Shown here: positions 32,583-42,624 of the stretch, piece by piece
Layout of the letters: every line of letters starts with the position of its first letter
Numbering within the stretch: position 1 is the first letter of the stretch
Origin: an uncultured Chloroflexia bacterium
GTDB lineage: Bacteria; Chloroflexota; Limnocylindria; Limnocylindrales; CSP1-4
Direction of reading: 5' to 3'
DNA length: 64,000 nt
Assembly: GCA_963736025.1 (NCBI GenBank)
Contig: CAVTNH010000010.1
Coordinates: 2,322-66,321, forward strand
Notes under the pieces: model-generated
The model's input: the letters and a program-made list of their open reading frames with translations, nothing else
Databases searched by the model: none
What the model was told of the DNA's origin: nothing
Made by a program: the position numbers and the translations under genes

Positions 32583-33170
32583 GTGGCTGGCGCGCCCGGG
32601 ACGGCCGAGCTGATCCTGGTCCGGCACGCCCCGACCGCATGGTCGGGGCACCGCTACTGCGGGCGGAGCGATCCGTCGCTCGACGGGCCGGGCCTGGCCG
32701 CAGCCGCGACGCTGGCATCGGAGCTTGCGCCGACGCTCCCGGCCGGGATCCGGGTCGTGTCGAGTCCGCGACGCCGCGCCCTCGAGACCGCGACCGCCAT
32801 CGCGAACGCGGCGGGTCTCGTGGCGGTCATCGTCGACGACCGCTGGCGCGAGGCCGATTTCGGGATCGCCGAGGGACGGACGTTCGACGAGCTCGTGACG
32901 CTCGAACCGGCCCTGGCCGCGCGTCTCGCGACCGGCGAGACCGAGATCGACTGGCCGGGTGGCGAATCGGCAGCCGCCTTCGATGCTCGCGTTCGCGCGG
33001 CCTGGCGCGACCTTCTCGCATCGGATGACGCGACGGTCCTGGTGTCGCACGCCGGACCACTTCGCCTGGCCATGGCCGCCGCCGGCGACCTGCCGGCCGC
33101 GGCCGTGACGCTGCTCGAGCCGGCGACCTTCGTCCGCCTGGACCGCCCGACGGTCGGAAGGCGGCCCTGA
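32583..33170 (+). CDS. cobC: histidine phosphatase family protein, likely alpha-ribazole phosphatase
   Basis: The RHA/G motif LILVRHAPTAWSG, a later VSHAGPLR His motif, and a position at the end of the cob operon. Confidence 0.7.
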   Translation: MAGAPGTAELILVRHAPTAWSGHRYCGRSDPSLDGPGLAAAATLASELAPTLPAGIRVVSSPRRRALETATAIANAAGLVAVIVDDRWREADFGIAEGRTFDELVTLEPALAARLATGETEIDWPGGESAAAFDARVRAAWRDLLASDDATVLVSHAGPLRLAMAAAGDLPAAAVTLLEPATFVRLDRPTVGRRP

Positions 33171-33192
33171 CCTGTCGCGAGGCGGTGCGTGC

Positions 33193-33198
33193 TACCCT
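33193..33198 (+). promoter_or_regulatory. candidate -10 box TACCCT (leaderless-type) for the lipoprotein gene
   Basis: TGCTACCCT lies 6 nt before GTG 33205. Confidence 0.35.
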
Positions 33199-33204
33199 CG
33201 GCCG

Positions 33205-33933
33205 GTGACGCGACGTCGATCGACCGCGCCGGGACGCGATCGTCCCGACCGACGCTGGGCCCTTCCCCTCATCCTGCTCGTGGTGACGGCCATGGTGGCT
33301 GCCTGCGGCGGGGCGTCGGCGACCGGGACTCCAGGCGGTGGCTCCGCGACGCCGTCGAGCGCCTCGTCGGCCGAGCCGACCGACAGCGCCGAGCCGGGCG
33401 AGTCCCTCGAGCCGGGGGAGAGCGACGAGCCGACCGAGTCCGACGAGCCCACGGACGAGCCCACGGATGAGCCGACCGACGAGCCGAGTGACGAGCCCTC
33501 GCCTGCCGGCGGCCCCGCCTCCGCCTGCAGCGGCACTGCCGAGAACCAGGACTTCTATGCCGACGCGGCCGGCGCAGTCACGTGGACGGTCTACTGCCCG
33601 GTCCTCCCGAAGGGCTGGTTCGTCGTCACGGGTCGCTACCGCCTCGCCGGCGGCGGACGACTCGAGATCAGCTACCGCGGCCCCGGCGGCGCGAGCTTCA
33701 CGCTCCGCGAGGGCGCGTTCTGCGGCGACCCCGACGGCTGCATCCCGGCGGGCACGGAGCTCGGTCCGGCCGCCTTCGGCGACCTCACCGGGACGCTGAT
33801 CTCCGCGGACGACGGCTCGTGGGCCATCGTGGTCGATGCCGGGCAGAACCCGTCGTGGCTGCTCGTGGCGGAGGTCGCCTCGGAGGCGGCTGCGCGCGAC
33901 CTCGGCACGGCGCTCACCGCCGTCGAGGGCTAG
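33205..33933 (+). CDS. lipoprotein with an acidic DEPT-repeat linker, unknown function
   Basis: Lipobox MVAAC, the linker SDEPTESDEPTDEPTDEPTDEPSDEP, and a Cys-containing C-terminal domain. Confidence 0.55.
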   Translation: MTRRRSTAPGRDRPDRRWALPLILLVVTAMVAACGGASATGTPGGGSATPSSASSAEPTDSAEPGESLEPGESDEPTESDEPTDEPTDEPTDEPSDEPSPAGGPASACSGTAENQDFYADAAGAVTWTVYCPVLPKGWFVVTGRYRLAGGGRLEISYRGPGGASFTLREGAFCGDPDGCIPAGTELGPAAFGDLTGTLISADDGSWAIVVDAGQNPSWLLVAEVASEAAARDLGTALTAVEG

Positions 33934-34869
33934 ATCGAGGGGCTCGCGAGAGCCGCCTCGCCGAGCATCGCGACCGCACCGACAGTCCGGTCCACATCGC
34001 CGTTCGCCAGGGTGATCCCGGTCGCCCCGAACCCGACCACGGGCATGGTCTCGGCCAGCACCCGGACCGAGGCCAGGGCCGTCTCCAGGGACAGGCCGTC
34101 GGGTTCGGGCATCGTGACCGCCCAGCCACCCGACGCGTCCAGGCAGTCCATGTCGATCGCGATGTAGACGCCGTCGACGCGGGCCGCCACCGCCGCCGGC
34201 CCACCCGCGCAGGGCGGCCTGCCCGCCCTCCGTCGCGAGCATCCCGGCGCCGAACGTCGCGATCCGCGACGCCGCGAGCATCCGCGACTCGGTCTCGTCG
34301 AGGACCTGGCCGCCGAGCAGGGCGGCATCCTCCTCGAGGACCGTCGGTCCGTCGGCCGCGGCCACGAGGTCCGCGTCGCCGCGCCCGCAGATCATCGCGA
34401 ACGGCATGCCCCAGACGTTCCCGGACGGCGTCGTGTCGGGCGTGTTGAAGTCACCGTGCGCATCGAACCAGGCGAGCGCGATCCGCGCCTCCGGCCGGAC
34501 CCGCCGCAGCCCCGCGAGCCCGCCGGCGTGGGCCGTGCAGTCGCCGCCGAGGATCAGCAGCCGGGCCGGTCGTGACGGGTCGGTCGGCACGTCGAGCGCG
34601 GTCACCACGAGATCGCGCGCCCGCGGCAGGAACTCGGTGATGGCGACGCGGTTCTTGGCGCGTGGATGGGGATCGGGCCGGAAGCCGGGCTCGATGGCGA
34701 GATCGCCGGCATCGAACAGGTCGGTGGTCACGAGCCCGGGCCGGGCGCGCAGGGCGGCCACCAGGCCCGCCGCTCGCAGCCCGGCCGGCGTGTGCTCCAT
34801 GCCCGCGAGATGGCCGCCGAGGGCGGTCGGGATACCGACGATCGCGACGGGGTCATGCATACCCGGCAT
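33930..34869 (-). pseudogene. arginase-family hydrolase (agmatinase/arginase/formimidoylglutamase), one frame change near 34200
   Basis: LGGDCTAH, WFDAHGDFNTP. After ...ALRGWAGG the protein continues in ORF 33930..34328 (VDGVYIAIDMDCLD...), giving the ureohydrolase DxDxxD motif. Confidence 0.8.
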
Positions 34870-34888
34870 CGTGCCGCATCATGGCGCG

Positions 34889-36013
34889 ATGCGCATCGCA
34901 GAGTTCGCACTGGAGCGGTATTTCGCGCGCTGGGAGTTCGCGGTCGAGCACGTCCTGGGCGCGTCGGACGTCCAGGGCCTGTCGATGGCCGACCTCCTTG
35001 CTCTCGCCGACGACGAGACGCGCGACCTGTGGGACGGCCTGACCCTCGGCTACACCGAGTCGACCGGGCACCCGCTGCTGCGTCGCGAGATCGCGGCGCT
35101 GTACGAGGGCATCGAGCCCGACGAGGTCCTGACCTTCTCCGGCGCCGAGGAGGCCATCTTCTGCCTCATGAACGCCCTGCTCGGCCCGGGCGATCACGCG
35201 ATCGTGCCGTGGCCCGGCTACCAGAGCCTGTACGAGGTGGGCAGGGCGAACGGCGCGGACATCACGCTCCATGAGCTCCACGAGGCCGACGGCTGGTCGC
35301 TCGACGTGCCGCGCCTGCTGGGCGCGCTGACCCCGGCGACGCGACTTGTGGTCGTCAACGCACCGCACAACCCCACCGGGATGATGCCCACGCTCGCGGA
35401 GTGGGCGACGCTGACCGGCGAGCTGTCCGATCGCGGCATCCACCTCCTCGCCGACGAGGTCTACCGCTTCCTCGAGTTCGACGAGGCGGATCGCCTGACC
35501 ACCGGTGCCGATGCGTTCGAGCGGGGCGTGTCGCTCGGGGTCATGTCCAAGTCGTTCGCGCTGGCCGGCCTCCGGATCGGCTGGCTCGCCACCCACGATC
35601 GCGACCTGCTCGCCCGGTGCATGGCCGCGAAGGACTACCTGACGATCTGCTCGTCCGCGCCGTCGGAGATCCTGGCCCTCATCGGGTTGCGTGCCCGCGA
35701 TCGCATCCTGGCCCGGTCGCGCGGGATCGTGGCCGCGAACCTCGAGCGCCTCGACGAGTTCTTCGCCGACTGGGCGGACCGGTTCACGTGGGTCCGCCCG
35801 CGGGGCGGCTCGATCGGATTCCCCCGCCTGACCGTGCCGGGCGTGCGGATCGACGACTGGGCGGCCGGGCTGGTCGAGGCCGAGGGCGTGCTGCTCGTGC
35901 CAGGCTCGGTCTTCGGGCACCCGGGCAACAACTTCCGGCTCGGGTTCGGCCGGACCGACCTGCCCGAGGCGCTGGGCCTCCTGGAGGGCTACGCGGCGCG
36001 CACGCTGCGCTGA
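34889..36013 (+). CDS. PLP-dependent aminotransferase, class I/II
   Basis: NAPHNPTG, the Lys motif GVMSKSFALAGLRIGW, and a C-terminal FRLGFG. Confidence 0.85.
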   Translation: MRIAEFALERYFARWEFAVEHVLGASDVQGLSMADLLALADDETRDLWDGLTLGYTESTGHPLLRREIAALYEGIEPDEVLTFSGAEEAIFCLMNALLGPGDHAIVPWPGYQSLYEVGRANGADITLHELHEADGWSLDVPRLLGALTPATRLVVVNAPHNPTGMMPTLAEWATLTGELSDRGIHLLADEVYRFLEFDEADRLTTGADAFERGVSLGVMSKSFALAGLRIGWLATHDRDLLARCMAAKDYLTICSSAPSEILALIGLRARDRILARSRGIVAANLERLDEFFADWADRFTWVRPRGGSIGFPRLTVPGVRIDDWAAGLVEAEGVLLVPGSVFGHPGNNFRLGFGRTDLPEALGLLEGYAARTLR

Positions 36014-36140
36014 CGCCAGACCCGGATCAGATGGCCGCGTCGTAACGCGGTTGCGATGCGCGTGCCGTCCTCGTCGGTCCGTCGGTGACGGCCCTGGGCC
36101 CAGAGTCAGTGGTCCACCGGCCCCGCACGGAGGTCCTCCC

Positions 36141-36740
36141 ATGGCCACGAAGACCGTCACACGCTCCAGCCGCAACGGACACGGCGCTGCGTCCCCGGAC
36201 CCGAAGCTCCACGCGAGCGGTCCCGAGATCCAGCGCTACGGCACCCTGCGCCAGCTGCCCATCGGCCTGCCCGCCGCGGCGAAGTCGAAGAGCTGCACGC
36301 TGCTCAACGAGATCCTGGCCGACTCGATGGTGCTGTACTCCATGTACAAGAAGCACCACTGGCTGGTCGCCGGACCGACCTTCTACCAGCTGCACCTGCT
36401 GTTCGACAAGCACGCCGAGGAGCAGAACGAGCTCATCGACCTGCTCGCCGAGCGCGTCCAGAGCCTGGGTGGCATCGCCGTGGGCGATCCGCGCCACGCC
36501 GCCGAGCTGACGACGATCCCGCGGCCCCCGAACGGCGCCGAGGACGTGACCGTGATGATCGACCGGACCCTCGCGGCCCATGAGACCGTCATCGGCAAGG
36601 TCCGCAAGGCGATCAAGGCCACCGAGACGTCCGAGGACTGGGGCACGAACGACCTGCTGATGGGTGACGTCCTGCGCCGCAACGAGCTGCAGGTCTGGTT
36701 CATCGCCGAGCACGTCGTGGACGTGCCGCTCGTCGACTGA
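36141..36740 (+). CDS. dps: Dps family DNA-protection/ferritin-like protein
   Basis: GGAGG 7 nt upstream. Ferroxidase residues lie in KKHHWLVAGPTFYQLHLLFDKHAEEQNELIDLLAER. Confidence 0.9.
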   Translation: MATKTVTRSSRNGHGAASPDPKLHASGPEIQRYGTLRQLPIGLPAAAKSKSCTLLNEILADSMVLYSMYKKHHWLVAGPTFYQLHLLFDKHAEEQNELIDLLAERVQSLGGIAVGDPRHAAELTTIPRPPNGAEDVTVMIDRTLAAHETVIGKVRKAIKATETSEDWGTNDLLMGDVLRRNELQVWFIAEHVVDVPLVD

Positions 36741-36797
36741 CGCCGGGGTCCGGCGCGCCTTCGTCCGGGCCGGCACAGCCGGCTCGGGGGGAACGGA

Positions 36798-37466
36798 TCA
36801 GAGCGCGCCGGCGCTCCGGGGTCGGGGCATCCCGGCACTCAGCCCGCGCCAGCCGCGGGTCAGCGGGTCGGCCAGCCAGTCGCGCAGGCTGGGTCGCCCG
36901 GCCAGTCGCGGGGCGACGGGCTCCGGCGCGCGGCGTTGGGGCCTGGGCGTGAACGGCTCGCCCTCGACGCCGACCGAGTCGCGACGCGGCTCGACGATGG
37001 GGCTGGCCGGTGCGCCGGCGAGGCGGGCGCTCAGCGGCAGCGTTCGACCGTGCCAGCCGAGATAGCGGGCGGGCACGATCCGGATCACAAGGGAGTAGGT
37101 CGCGGCGTACTCGGCCGGGGTCAGGCCGATGGCGGCCATGCGGTCCGCGTACTTCTCGAGATGGGCCGGGGGCAGGACCTCGGCGGTCGGGCGGTCGAGG
37201 ATCTCGGCCCGGCCCTCGATCAGGCCGATGTCGAAGTCCTCGTCGGCGTCGCCGAGCGCGAGCATCGCGGACGGCCGGGCGCGCAGGTTGCGGACCTTCT
37301 GGGCGTCGGGCTTGGAGAAGACCAGCAGCGCCTCGCCGTCCCACCAGAACCAGATCGGGACGATGTGGGGCGTGCCGTCGGGGCGGACGGTCGACAGCCA
37401 GACGATCGGCTCCTGCTCCAGGAACCGCTCGATGCGTGCGACGGCGAGGCTGGCGACGTGCTCCAT
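36798..37466 (-). CDS. pyridoxamine 5'-phosphate oxidase family (F420/FMN-binding split-barrel) protein with an Arg/Pro-rich tail
   Basis: EPIVWLSTVRPDGTPHIVPIWFWWDG...VFSKPDAQKVRNL. The last ~85 aa are low-complexity, so the 3' end is uncertain. Confidence 0.7.
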   Translation of the reverse strand: MEHVASLAVARIERFLEQEPIVWLSTVRPDGTPHIVPIWFWWDGEALLVFSKPDAQKVRNLRARPSAMLALGDADEDFDIGLIEGRAEILDRPTAEVLPPAHLEKYADRMAAIGLTPAEYAATYSLVIRIVPARYLGWHGRTLPLSARLAGAPASPIVEPRRDSVGVEGEPFTPRPQRRAPEPVAPRLAGRPSLRDWLADPLTRGWRGLSAGMPRPRSAGAL

Positions 37467-37586
37467 GGCCGCAGGATGCCGTTCGACGGACCGGTGCGAC
37501 CACGGACCCGGGTCACGTCAGGCATGGACGTCTGTCGATGACCGGGCGCCGTCGCCCGGCCGCGTCGTCCGGTGTCGACGAGGGCG

Positions 37587-38027
37587 TCAGCCGCCCTTTG
37601 GGCCGCCGAGCATCCCGCCGAGACCGCCGATCAGCCCGCCGAGATCCGGCAGGGAGCCCGCGGCGCCGTTGAGCCCGCCGGCGGGCGTCTGGCCGTCCGG
37701 CGTCAGCATGTCGACGATCTGGGGCAGGAACGCGGCGAGCATCGGCAGCAGGGCCGCGATGTCGATGCCGGAGCCCTTCGCGAGCCGCCCGACCGTGTCC
37801 GGCCCGAGCGCCTGGCCGAGCTGATCGGGACCGATCCCCTGGTTCTGCCCGGTCGAGATCCAGGAATCGACCTGGTCGCCCAGGCCGGCATCCTTGAGCT
37901 TGCCCAGGAGGCCATCGAGGCCTCCCTCGCCCTGGATCGCGTTCGCGAGGCCACCCAGGGCGGCTCCGGGGTCCGCGCCGCCCGTGGCGCCACCGAGCTG
38001 GTTCATCAGGTTCGACAGGTCGTCCAC
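37587..38027 (-). CDS. YidB family protein (DUF937)
   Basis: Gly-rich. GLGDQVDSWISTGQNQGIGPDQLGQALGPDTVGRLAKGSGI is characteristic of YidB. Confidence 0.7.
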   Translation of the reverse strand: MDDLSNLMNQLGGATGGADPGAALGGLANAIQGEGGLDGLLGKLKDAGLGDQVDSWISTGQNQGIGPDQLGQALGPDTVGRLAKGSGIDIAALLPMLAAFLPQIVDMLTPDGQTPAGGLNGAAGSLPDLGGLIGGLGGMLGGPKGG

Positions 38028-38088
38028 GGTCGTCTCCTCCGCGCTGCGCCGGCACGCGACGCGCCCCGAGCGTCAGATGGTAGGCCGC

Positions 38089-39078
38089 TCAGGCCTCGTC
38101 GTCCGGCGCCTCGACCAATTCGGCCGCGACAGGCTCGGCGGCGCCTGGGCCGTCCGCACCGAGGTCGGCGTCGAGCGGCCACGACCACGTGCGGAGGCGC
38201 TTGAGCAGGCGCCGCCCGGTCAGGTCGAGGTGGATCGGCGTGACGGCGATCCGGCGGTTCACGACCGCGTGGAAGTCGGTCCCGACGATGGCCTGCCCCG
38301 ATGGCGGCGGCCCGCCGATCCAGAAGTAGGGGATGCCGCGCGGGTCGAGCCGCTCGACGAGCTGGTCCTGGTAGATGCGCTTGCCGAGCCGCGTGACCTC
38401 GAAGCCCTCGCACTCCTCGATCGGGACCGCCGGCACGTTGACGTTGATGAGCTCGCCCTTCGAGAGGCCGTGCTCGAGGAGGTTCCGCGCCACGGTCTTC
38501 GCGGCCACCGCCGCCAGCGCGAAATCGGGGTGCTCGTAGTACTCCTGCGAGATCGCGAACGCCGGGCAGTTGTTGATGACCGATTCCATGGCCGCGCTGA
38601 CCGTCCCCGAGTACGTGATGTCGTCGCCGAGGTTGGCGCCGTAGTTGATGCCGGCGGCGACGAGGTCGAAGCCGTGACCGAAGTACCCGAGGAACGCGAG
38701 GCTGACCGCGTCGGTCGGCGAGCCGTCGACCGAGTACGCCAGCGAGCCGTCGCCGAGGATCCGCTCGCGCACGCGGAGCGGGCGCATCAGCGTCTTCTGG
38801 TGACCGACGGCGCTCTGGTTCGTGTCCGGCGCCACGACCGTCACCTCGCCGAAGCCGTCGAGCGCCTGCTTGAGCGCGAGCAGGCCGCGCGACTCGACGC
38901 CGTCGTCGTTGGTCACGAGGATCCGTGGCTTCGTCGTCCATTCGCCGAGCGGGCGGGCATTCGTGCGGAGGGCCCGGGGACCGCCGCGCGCCACGCCGCC
39001 CGCAACGCCGCCCGCCAGCGGCTCGCCACGTTCCTTGTCGAGATCGCGCCGCTCGGTCCGGGCCCGCTCCCGGGTCAT
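38089..39078 (-). CDS. surE: 5'/3'-nucleotidase SurE
   Basis: ILVTNDDGVESRGL, GINYGANLGDDITYSGTV. Start taken at ATG 39078. Confidence 0.85.
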   Translation of the reverse strand: MTRERARTERRDLDKERGEPLAGGVAGGVARGGPRALRTNARPLGEWTTKPRILVTNDDGVESRGLLALKQALDGFGEVTVVAPDTNQSAVGHQKTLMRPLRVRERILGDGSLAYSVDGSPTDAVSLAFLGYFGHGFDLVAAGINYGANLGDDITYSGTVSAAMESVINNCPAFAISQEYYEHPDFALAAVAAKTVARNLLEHGLSKGELINVNVPAVPIEECEGFEVTRLGKRIYQDQLVERLDPRGIPYFWIGGPPPSGQAIVGTDFHAVVNRRIAVTPIHLDLTGRRLLKRLRTWSWPLDADLGADGPGAAEPVAAELVEAPDDEA

Positions 39079-39098
39079 GTCCGGGGGGCTGTCGTCGG

Positions 39099-40348
39099 TC
39101 ACGTCGTGGCGCCCCCGGGGCCGGGTTCGGAGGCGCCGGTGCCGGGCACCCACTCGCCGGTGTCCCGTCGTCGATGTCCTCGACGCTGCCCGGCATCGGC
39201 TCGCGCGGGACGTGCACCGGTTTTCCGTCACGCTCGCTCAGACGGCGGGCAGCCCGCCCGGCCACGGTCCGGTCGCCCGTCGAGCGGTGGAGGAAGTGGA
39301 AGAAGAACGCGGACACCACGGCCGCGACCGGGATGCCGAACACGGCGCCGGCGACGCCCGCGAGCCGCGAGCCGATCAGCACCGAGCCGAGGACGACGAT
39401 CGGGTGGATCCCGACGGCGCCCTGCATGATCCGCGGCTGGAGGATGTTCATCACGACGATCCAGCCGATGAGCATGAGGACCAGCGTCGGGATGAGGGCA
39501 TCGGGCTTGAAGAGCAGCGCGACGATGACCGGCGGCGCCCAGGACAGGAACGGGCCGAAGAACGGGATCGCCTGCAGGATGCCGGATGCGGTCGATGTCA
39601 GGGCGGCGAGCGGCAGGCCCATGAGGAGGCTCGTGCCCAGCGCGATGAAGAAGTAGACGAGGCCCATGAAGGCCTGGCCGCGGAGGAAACCCCCGAACGA
39701 GCGCGAGACCGACGTCTGGAGCAGCCGCGCCTCGTCGGCGTAGGTCGGCGGCACGATCCGGAACAGGAAGGCCATGATCAGGTCGCGGTCCACGACCATG
39801 TAGATCGACAGGAAGAAGACGATCAGCATCGTCCCGATCACGCTCACGCTCGCGACCGCGATCGACTGGAGCGGCTGGACGAGCACCGCGGCGATGTCGT
39901 CGACGTTGGCGAGGAGGGCCGAGGCCTGGGCGGCGAGATCGATCTGGCTCAGGCCCACCTGGTTCAGCCATTCCTGCCACGGCTGGAGGATCGAGGGCAG
40001 GTCCTGCTCGATCTGCGGGATGGTGGCCACGAACTCGCCGATCGAGGTCGCCAGGGCACCTGCGACCAGCACGATGATGAGCACGAGGACGAGCACGACG
40101 GCGGTGTAGACGATGACCGTGGCGAAGGCCCGCGGCAGCCGCGGGACGATGCCCACGATGCGCGACACGATCGGGCTGATGATGAACGCGAGGAGCCAGG
40201 CCAGGAAGAACGTCAGCAGGATGTCGGCGAAGAACGAGAAGAGGTTCGCGAGCTGACCGATGACGATGAAGAACAGCGCGAGGGCGCCCAGCACGAGGAT
40301 GATCCGGATGAGTCGGGGGTCCCGTCCGAGGTTCTGGACCTCCTGCAT
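39099..40348 (-). CDS. AI-2E family transporter (PerM/UPF0118); 3' end uncertain
   Basis: About 8 TM segments through ...GIPVAAVVSAFFFHFL. The ORF has no stop until 38006 and would run across surE out of frame. A TGA at 39099-39101 in a neighbouring frame would give a normal length. Confidence 0.75.
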
Positions 40349-40386
40349 GGCTCCTTCCTCCGTGGCAGCTCGTCTGGTCGGGATCG

Positions 40387-41406
40387 CTAGCGCAGGCCCA
40401 TCTTCGTGCGGACCTCGGCCATCGTCGCCTCGGCGATCGGGCGGGCCCGCTCGGCGCCTTCGTCGATGATCCGCCCGACCTTCGCGGGGTCGGCCATCAG
40501 CTCGAGATAGCGCTCTCGTGCCGGGGCGTAGTGGGCGATGATCCGGTCGGCCAGGAGTCGCTTCGTGTCGACGCAGCCCGTGCGGGCCGTCCGCTCACCG
40601 TCCCAGATGTACTCGTAGTCGTCGCCGAAGAACCGGTGGAGCTGGCAGACGTTGCAGATCTCCGGCCGGCCGGGGTCCGTCCGCAGGATCCGCTTGGTGT
40701 CGGTGACCATGCTCATGATCTGGCCGCGGATGACGTCGGGCGCGGCGAGGATCTCGATCGTGTTGCCGAGCGACTTGCTCATCTTCCGGACGCCGTCGGT
40801 GCCCAGCACGATCGGCGCCTCGGTGTGGACCGCCTCGGGCTCGGGGAACGTGTCGCCGTACAGGCCGTTGAAGCGCCGGACGATCTCGCGCGAGAGCTCG
40901 AGGTGCGCCGCCTGGTCCTTGCCGACCGGCACGAGCGAGGCCTTGTAGATGACGATGTCGGCGGCCTGCAGGACCGGGTAGGTCAACAGGCCGTGGTTGA
41001 CGTCGTCGGGCTGGTTGGCCTTCTTCTCCTTGTAGGTCGGCGTGCGCTCGAGCCAGCTGACCGGCGTGACCGTCGCGAGCAGCCAGGCGAGCTCGGTGTG
41101 CTCGGGCCGATGCGACTGAACGAAGAGGGTGCAGCGCTCCGGGTCGAGCCCGAGCGCGACGAGCGACGCCGTCATCTCCAGGGTGCGCTGGCGCAGCAGG
41201 TCCGGGTCGTGGAGGCTGGTCAGGGCGTGGTAGTCGACGATGCAGTAGATCGCCTCGTACTCGTACTGGAGGCGGACGTAGTTGCGGATCGCGCCGAGGT
41301 CGTTGCCCAGATGGGGTGCGCCCGAGGGCTGGATGCCCGAGAAGATCCGGGGCCGTGGCGCCGCCGAGGGCGCCGCGGCGGGCGAGGGGGCCAACTCCGT
41401 CGTCAT
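40387..41406 (-). CDS. trpS: tryptophan--tRNA ligase
   Basis: The HIGH-type motif is GAPHLGN and the KMSKS motif is present (VRKMSKSLGN). 339 aa. Confidence 0.95.
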   Translation of the reverse strand: MTTELAPSPAAAPSAAPRPRIFSGIQPSGAPHLGNDLGAIRNYVRLQYEYEAIYCIVDYHALTSLHDPDLLRQRTLEMTASLVALGLDPERCTLFVQSHRPEHTELAWLLATVTPVSWLERTPTYKEKKANQPDDVNHGLLTYPVLQAADIVIYKASLVPVGKDQAAHLELSREIVRRFNGLYGDTFPEPEAVHTEAPIVLGTDGVRKMSKSLGNTIEILAAPDVIRGQIMSMVTDTKRILRTDPGRPEICNVCQLHRFFGDDYEYIWDGERTARTGCVDTKRLLADRIIAHYAPARERYLELMADPAKVGRIIDEGAERARPIAEATMAEVRTKMGLR

Positions 41407-41414
41407 CGTCGGCG

Positions 41415-41420
41415 AGTGTA
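41415..41420 (-). promoter_or_regulatory. candidate -10 box TACACT (leaderless-type) for trpS
   Basis: On the minus strand, TACACT lies 8 nt before the trpS ATG. Confidence 0.35.
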
Positions 41421-41499
41421 GCGGACGGGCCTCACCCCTCGGCCGACACGCGGCGTCGGCTACCATTCCGCCGATGCTGCGACCCGCCCGATCCCAGTC

Positions 41500-42624
41500 A
41501 TGAGCGGTGCACCGCTGCGCGTCGCCGTGCTGGGCGCGGGGACCGTCGGCCGCGAGGTCGTGTGCGCGCTCCTCGAGCGTGCTGCCACGCTGCGGCCGGC
41601 CGACGGCGTCGCGCTCGTGCTCACCGGGATCGGCGTCCGCGACGTCGGGCGCGCGGTCGAGCGGGGCCTGCCGGCCGAGCTTCTGACCGATGCGCCGGCC
41701 CATCTCGTCGCCGACGACGAGGCCGATGTCATCGTCGAGCTGATGGGTGGCGACGAGCCCGCCCACACGCTGATCTCGGCCGCGCTCGCGATGGGCAAGC
41801 ACGTCGTGACCGCCAACAAGCACGTCCTCGCCCATCACGGCGCCGAGCTCGAGGCGACCGCCCGGCGCACCGGCGCCACGCTCCGGTTCGAGGCCGCGGT
41901 CGGCGGCGGGATCCCGGTCCTCGGCCCGCTCGCGACGGACCTGGCCGCCAACCGCATCGAACGCGTCCGTGGCATCGTGAACGGCACGACGAACTACATG
42001 CTGAGCGCGATGACCGACGAGGACGCGCCGCAGGACTACGCGACCGCGCTCGCCGAGGCCCAGCGCCTCGGGTACGCGGAGGCCGACCCGGCCGGCGACG
42101 TCGAGGGCCACGACGCGGTCAACAAGCTCGTCATCCTCGCCCGACTCGCCTTCGATCGCTGGCTCGACCCGGCCACGATCCAGACCCGACCCGAGAGCGT
42201 CGGCGGCCCGGCCGGACCCGGGATCACCACGGTCAGCCTCGCCGACCAGCGCGACGCGCGGGCCCGGGGGCGGATCATCCGGCTCCTGGCCTCCGCCTCC
42301 CTCGACCCGGACGGGTCACTGTCGGCCTCGGTCCTGCCGACCGCGCTGCCGCTCCACTCGCCGCTCGGCCGCACGGACGGCGTCCGCAACCGGATCGAGG
42401 TCGACGCGCTGCCCGTGGGCCGGGTCGCGTTCGACGGCCCCGGCGCCGGCGGCGCCGCGACCTCGTCGGCGGTGCTCGGCGACCTGATGGCGGTCGCCCG
42501 CGGGGCCGGGTCGACGTGGGGGCCGCGACCGCCGGCGGGCGCATCGTCCGGTGAGCCCGTCGCGCCGCGCCCCGGCGCGTTCCTGGAGACCGCGAGCGGC
42601 GTCCGGTATCCGATCGATGACTGA
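41500..42624 (+). CDS. hom: homoserine dehydrogenase
   Basis: NAD fold [19 protein letters not shown], and [11 protein letters not shown]. Confidence 0.9.
   Translation: MSGAPLRVAVLGAGTVGREVVCALLERAATLRPADGVALVLTGIGVRDVGRAVERGLPAELLTDAPAHLVADDEADVIVELMGGDEPAHTLISAALAMGKHVVTANKHVLAHHGAELEATARRTGATLRFEAAVGGGIPVLGPLATDLAANRIERVRGIVNGTTNYMLSAMTDEDAPQDYATALAEAQRLGYAEADPAGDVEGHDAVNKLVILARLAFDRWLDPATIQTRPESVGGPAGPGITTVSLADQRDARARGRIIRLLASASLDPDGSLSASVLPTALPLHSPLGRTDGVRNRIEVDALPVGRVAFDGPGAGGAATSSAVLGDLMAVARGAGSTWGPRPPAGASSGEPVAPRPGAFLETASGVRYPIDD

Noticed and set aside
41407-41499. T-box leader for trpS, an attenuator for hom-thrC-thrB, or an L-box for lysC (47128-47232)
   Set aside because: The intergenic regions are only about 93 and 105 nt. 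They are occupied by -10 boxes close to the start codons, and by a terminator in the lysC case. This is far too short for T-box or lysine riboswitch architectures.
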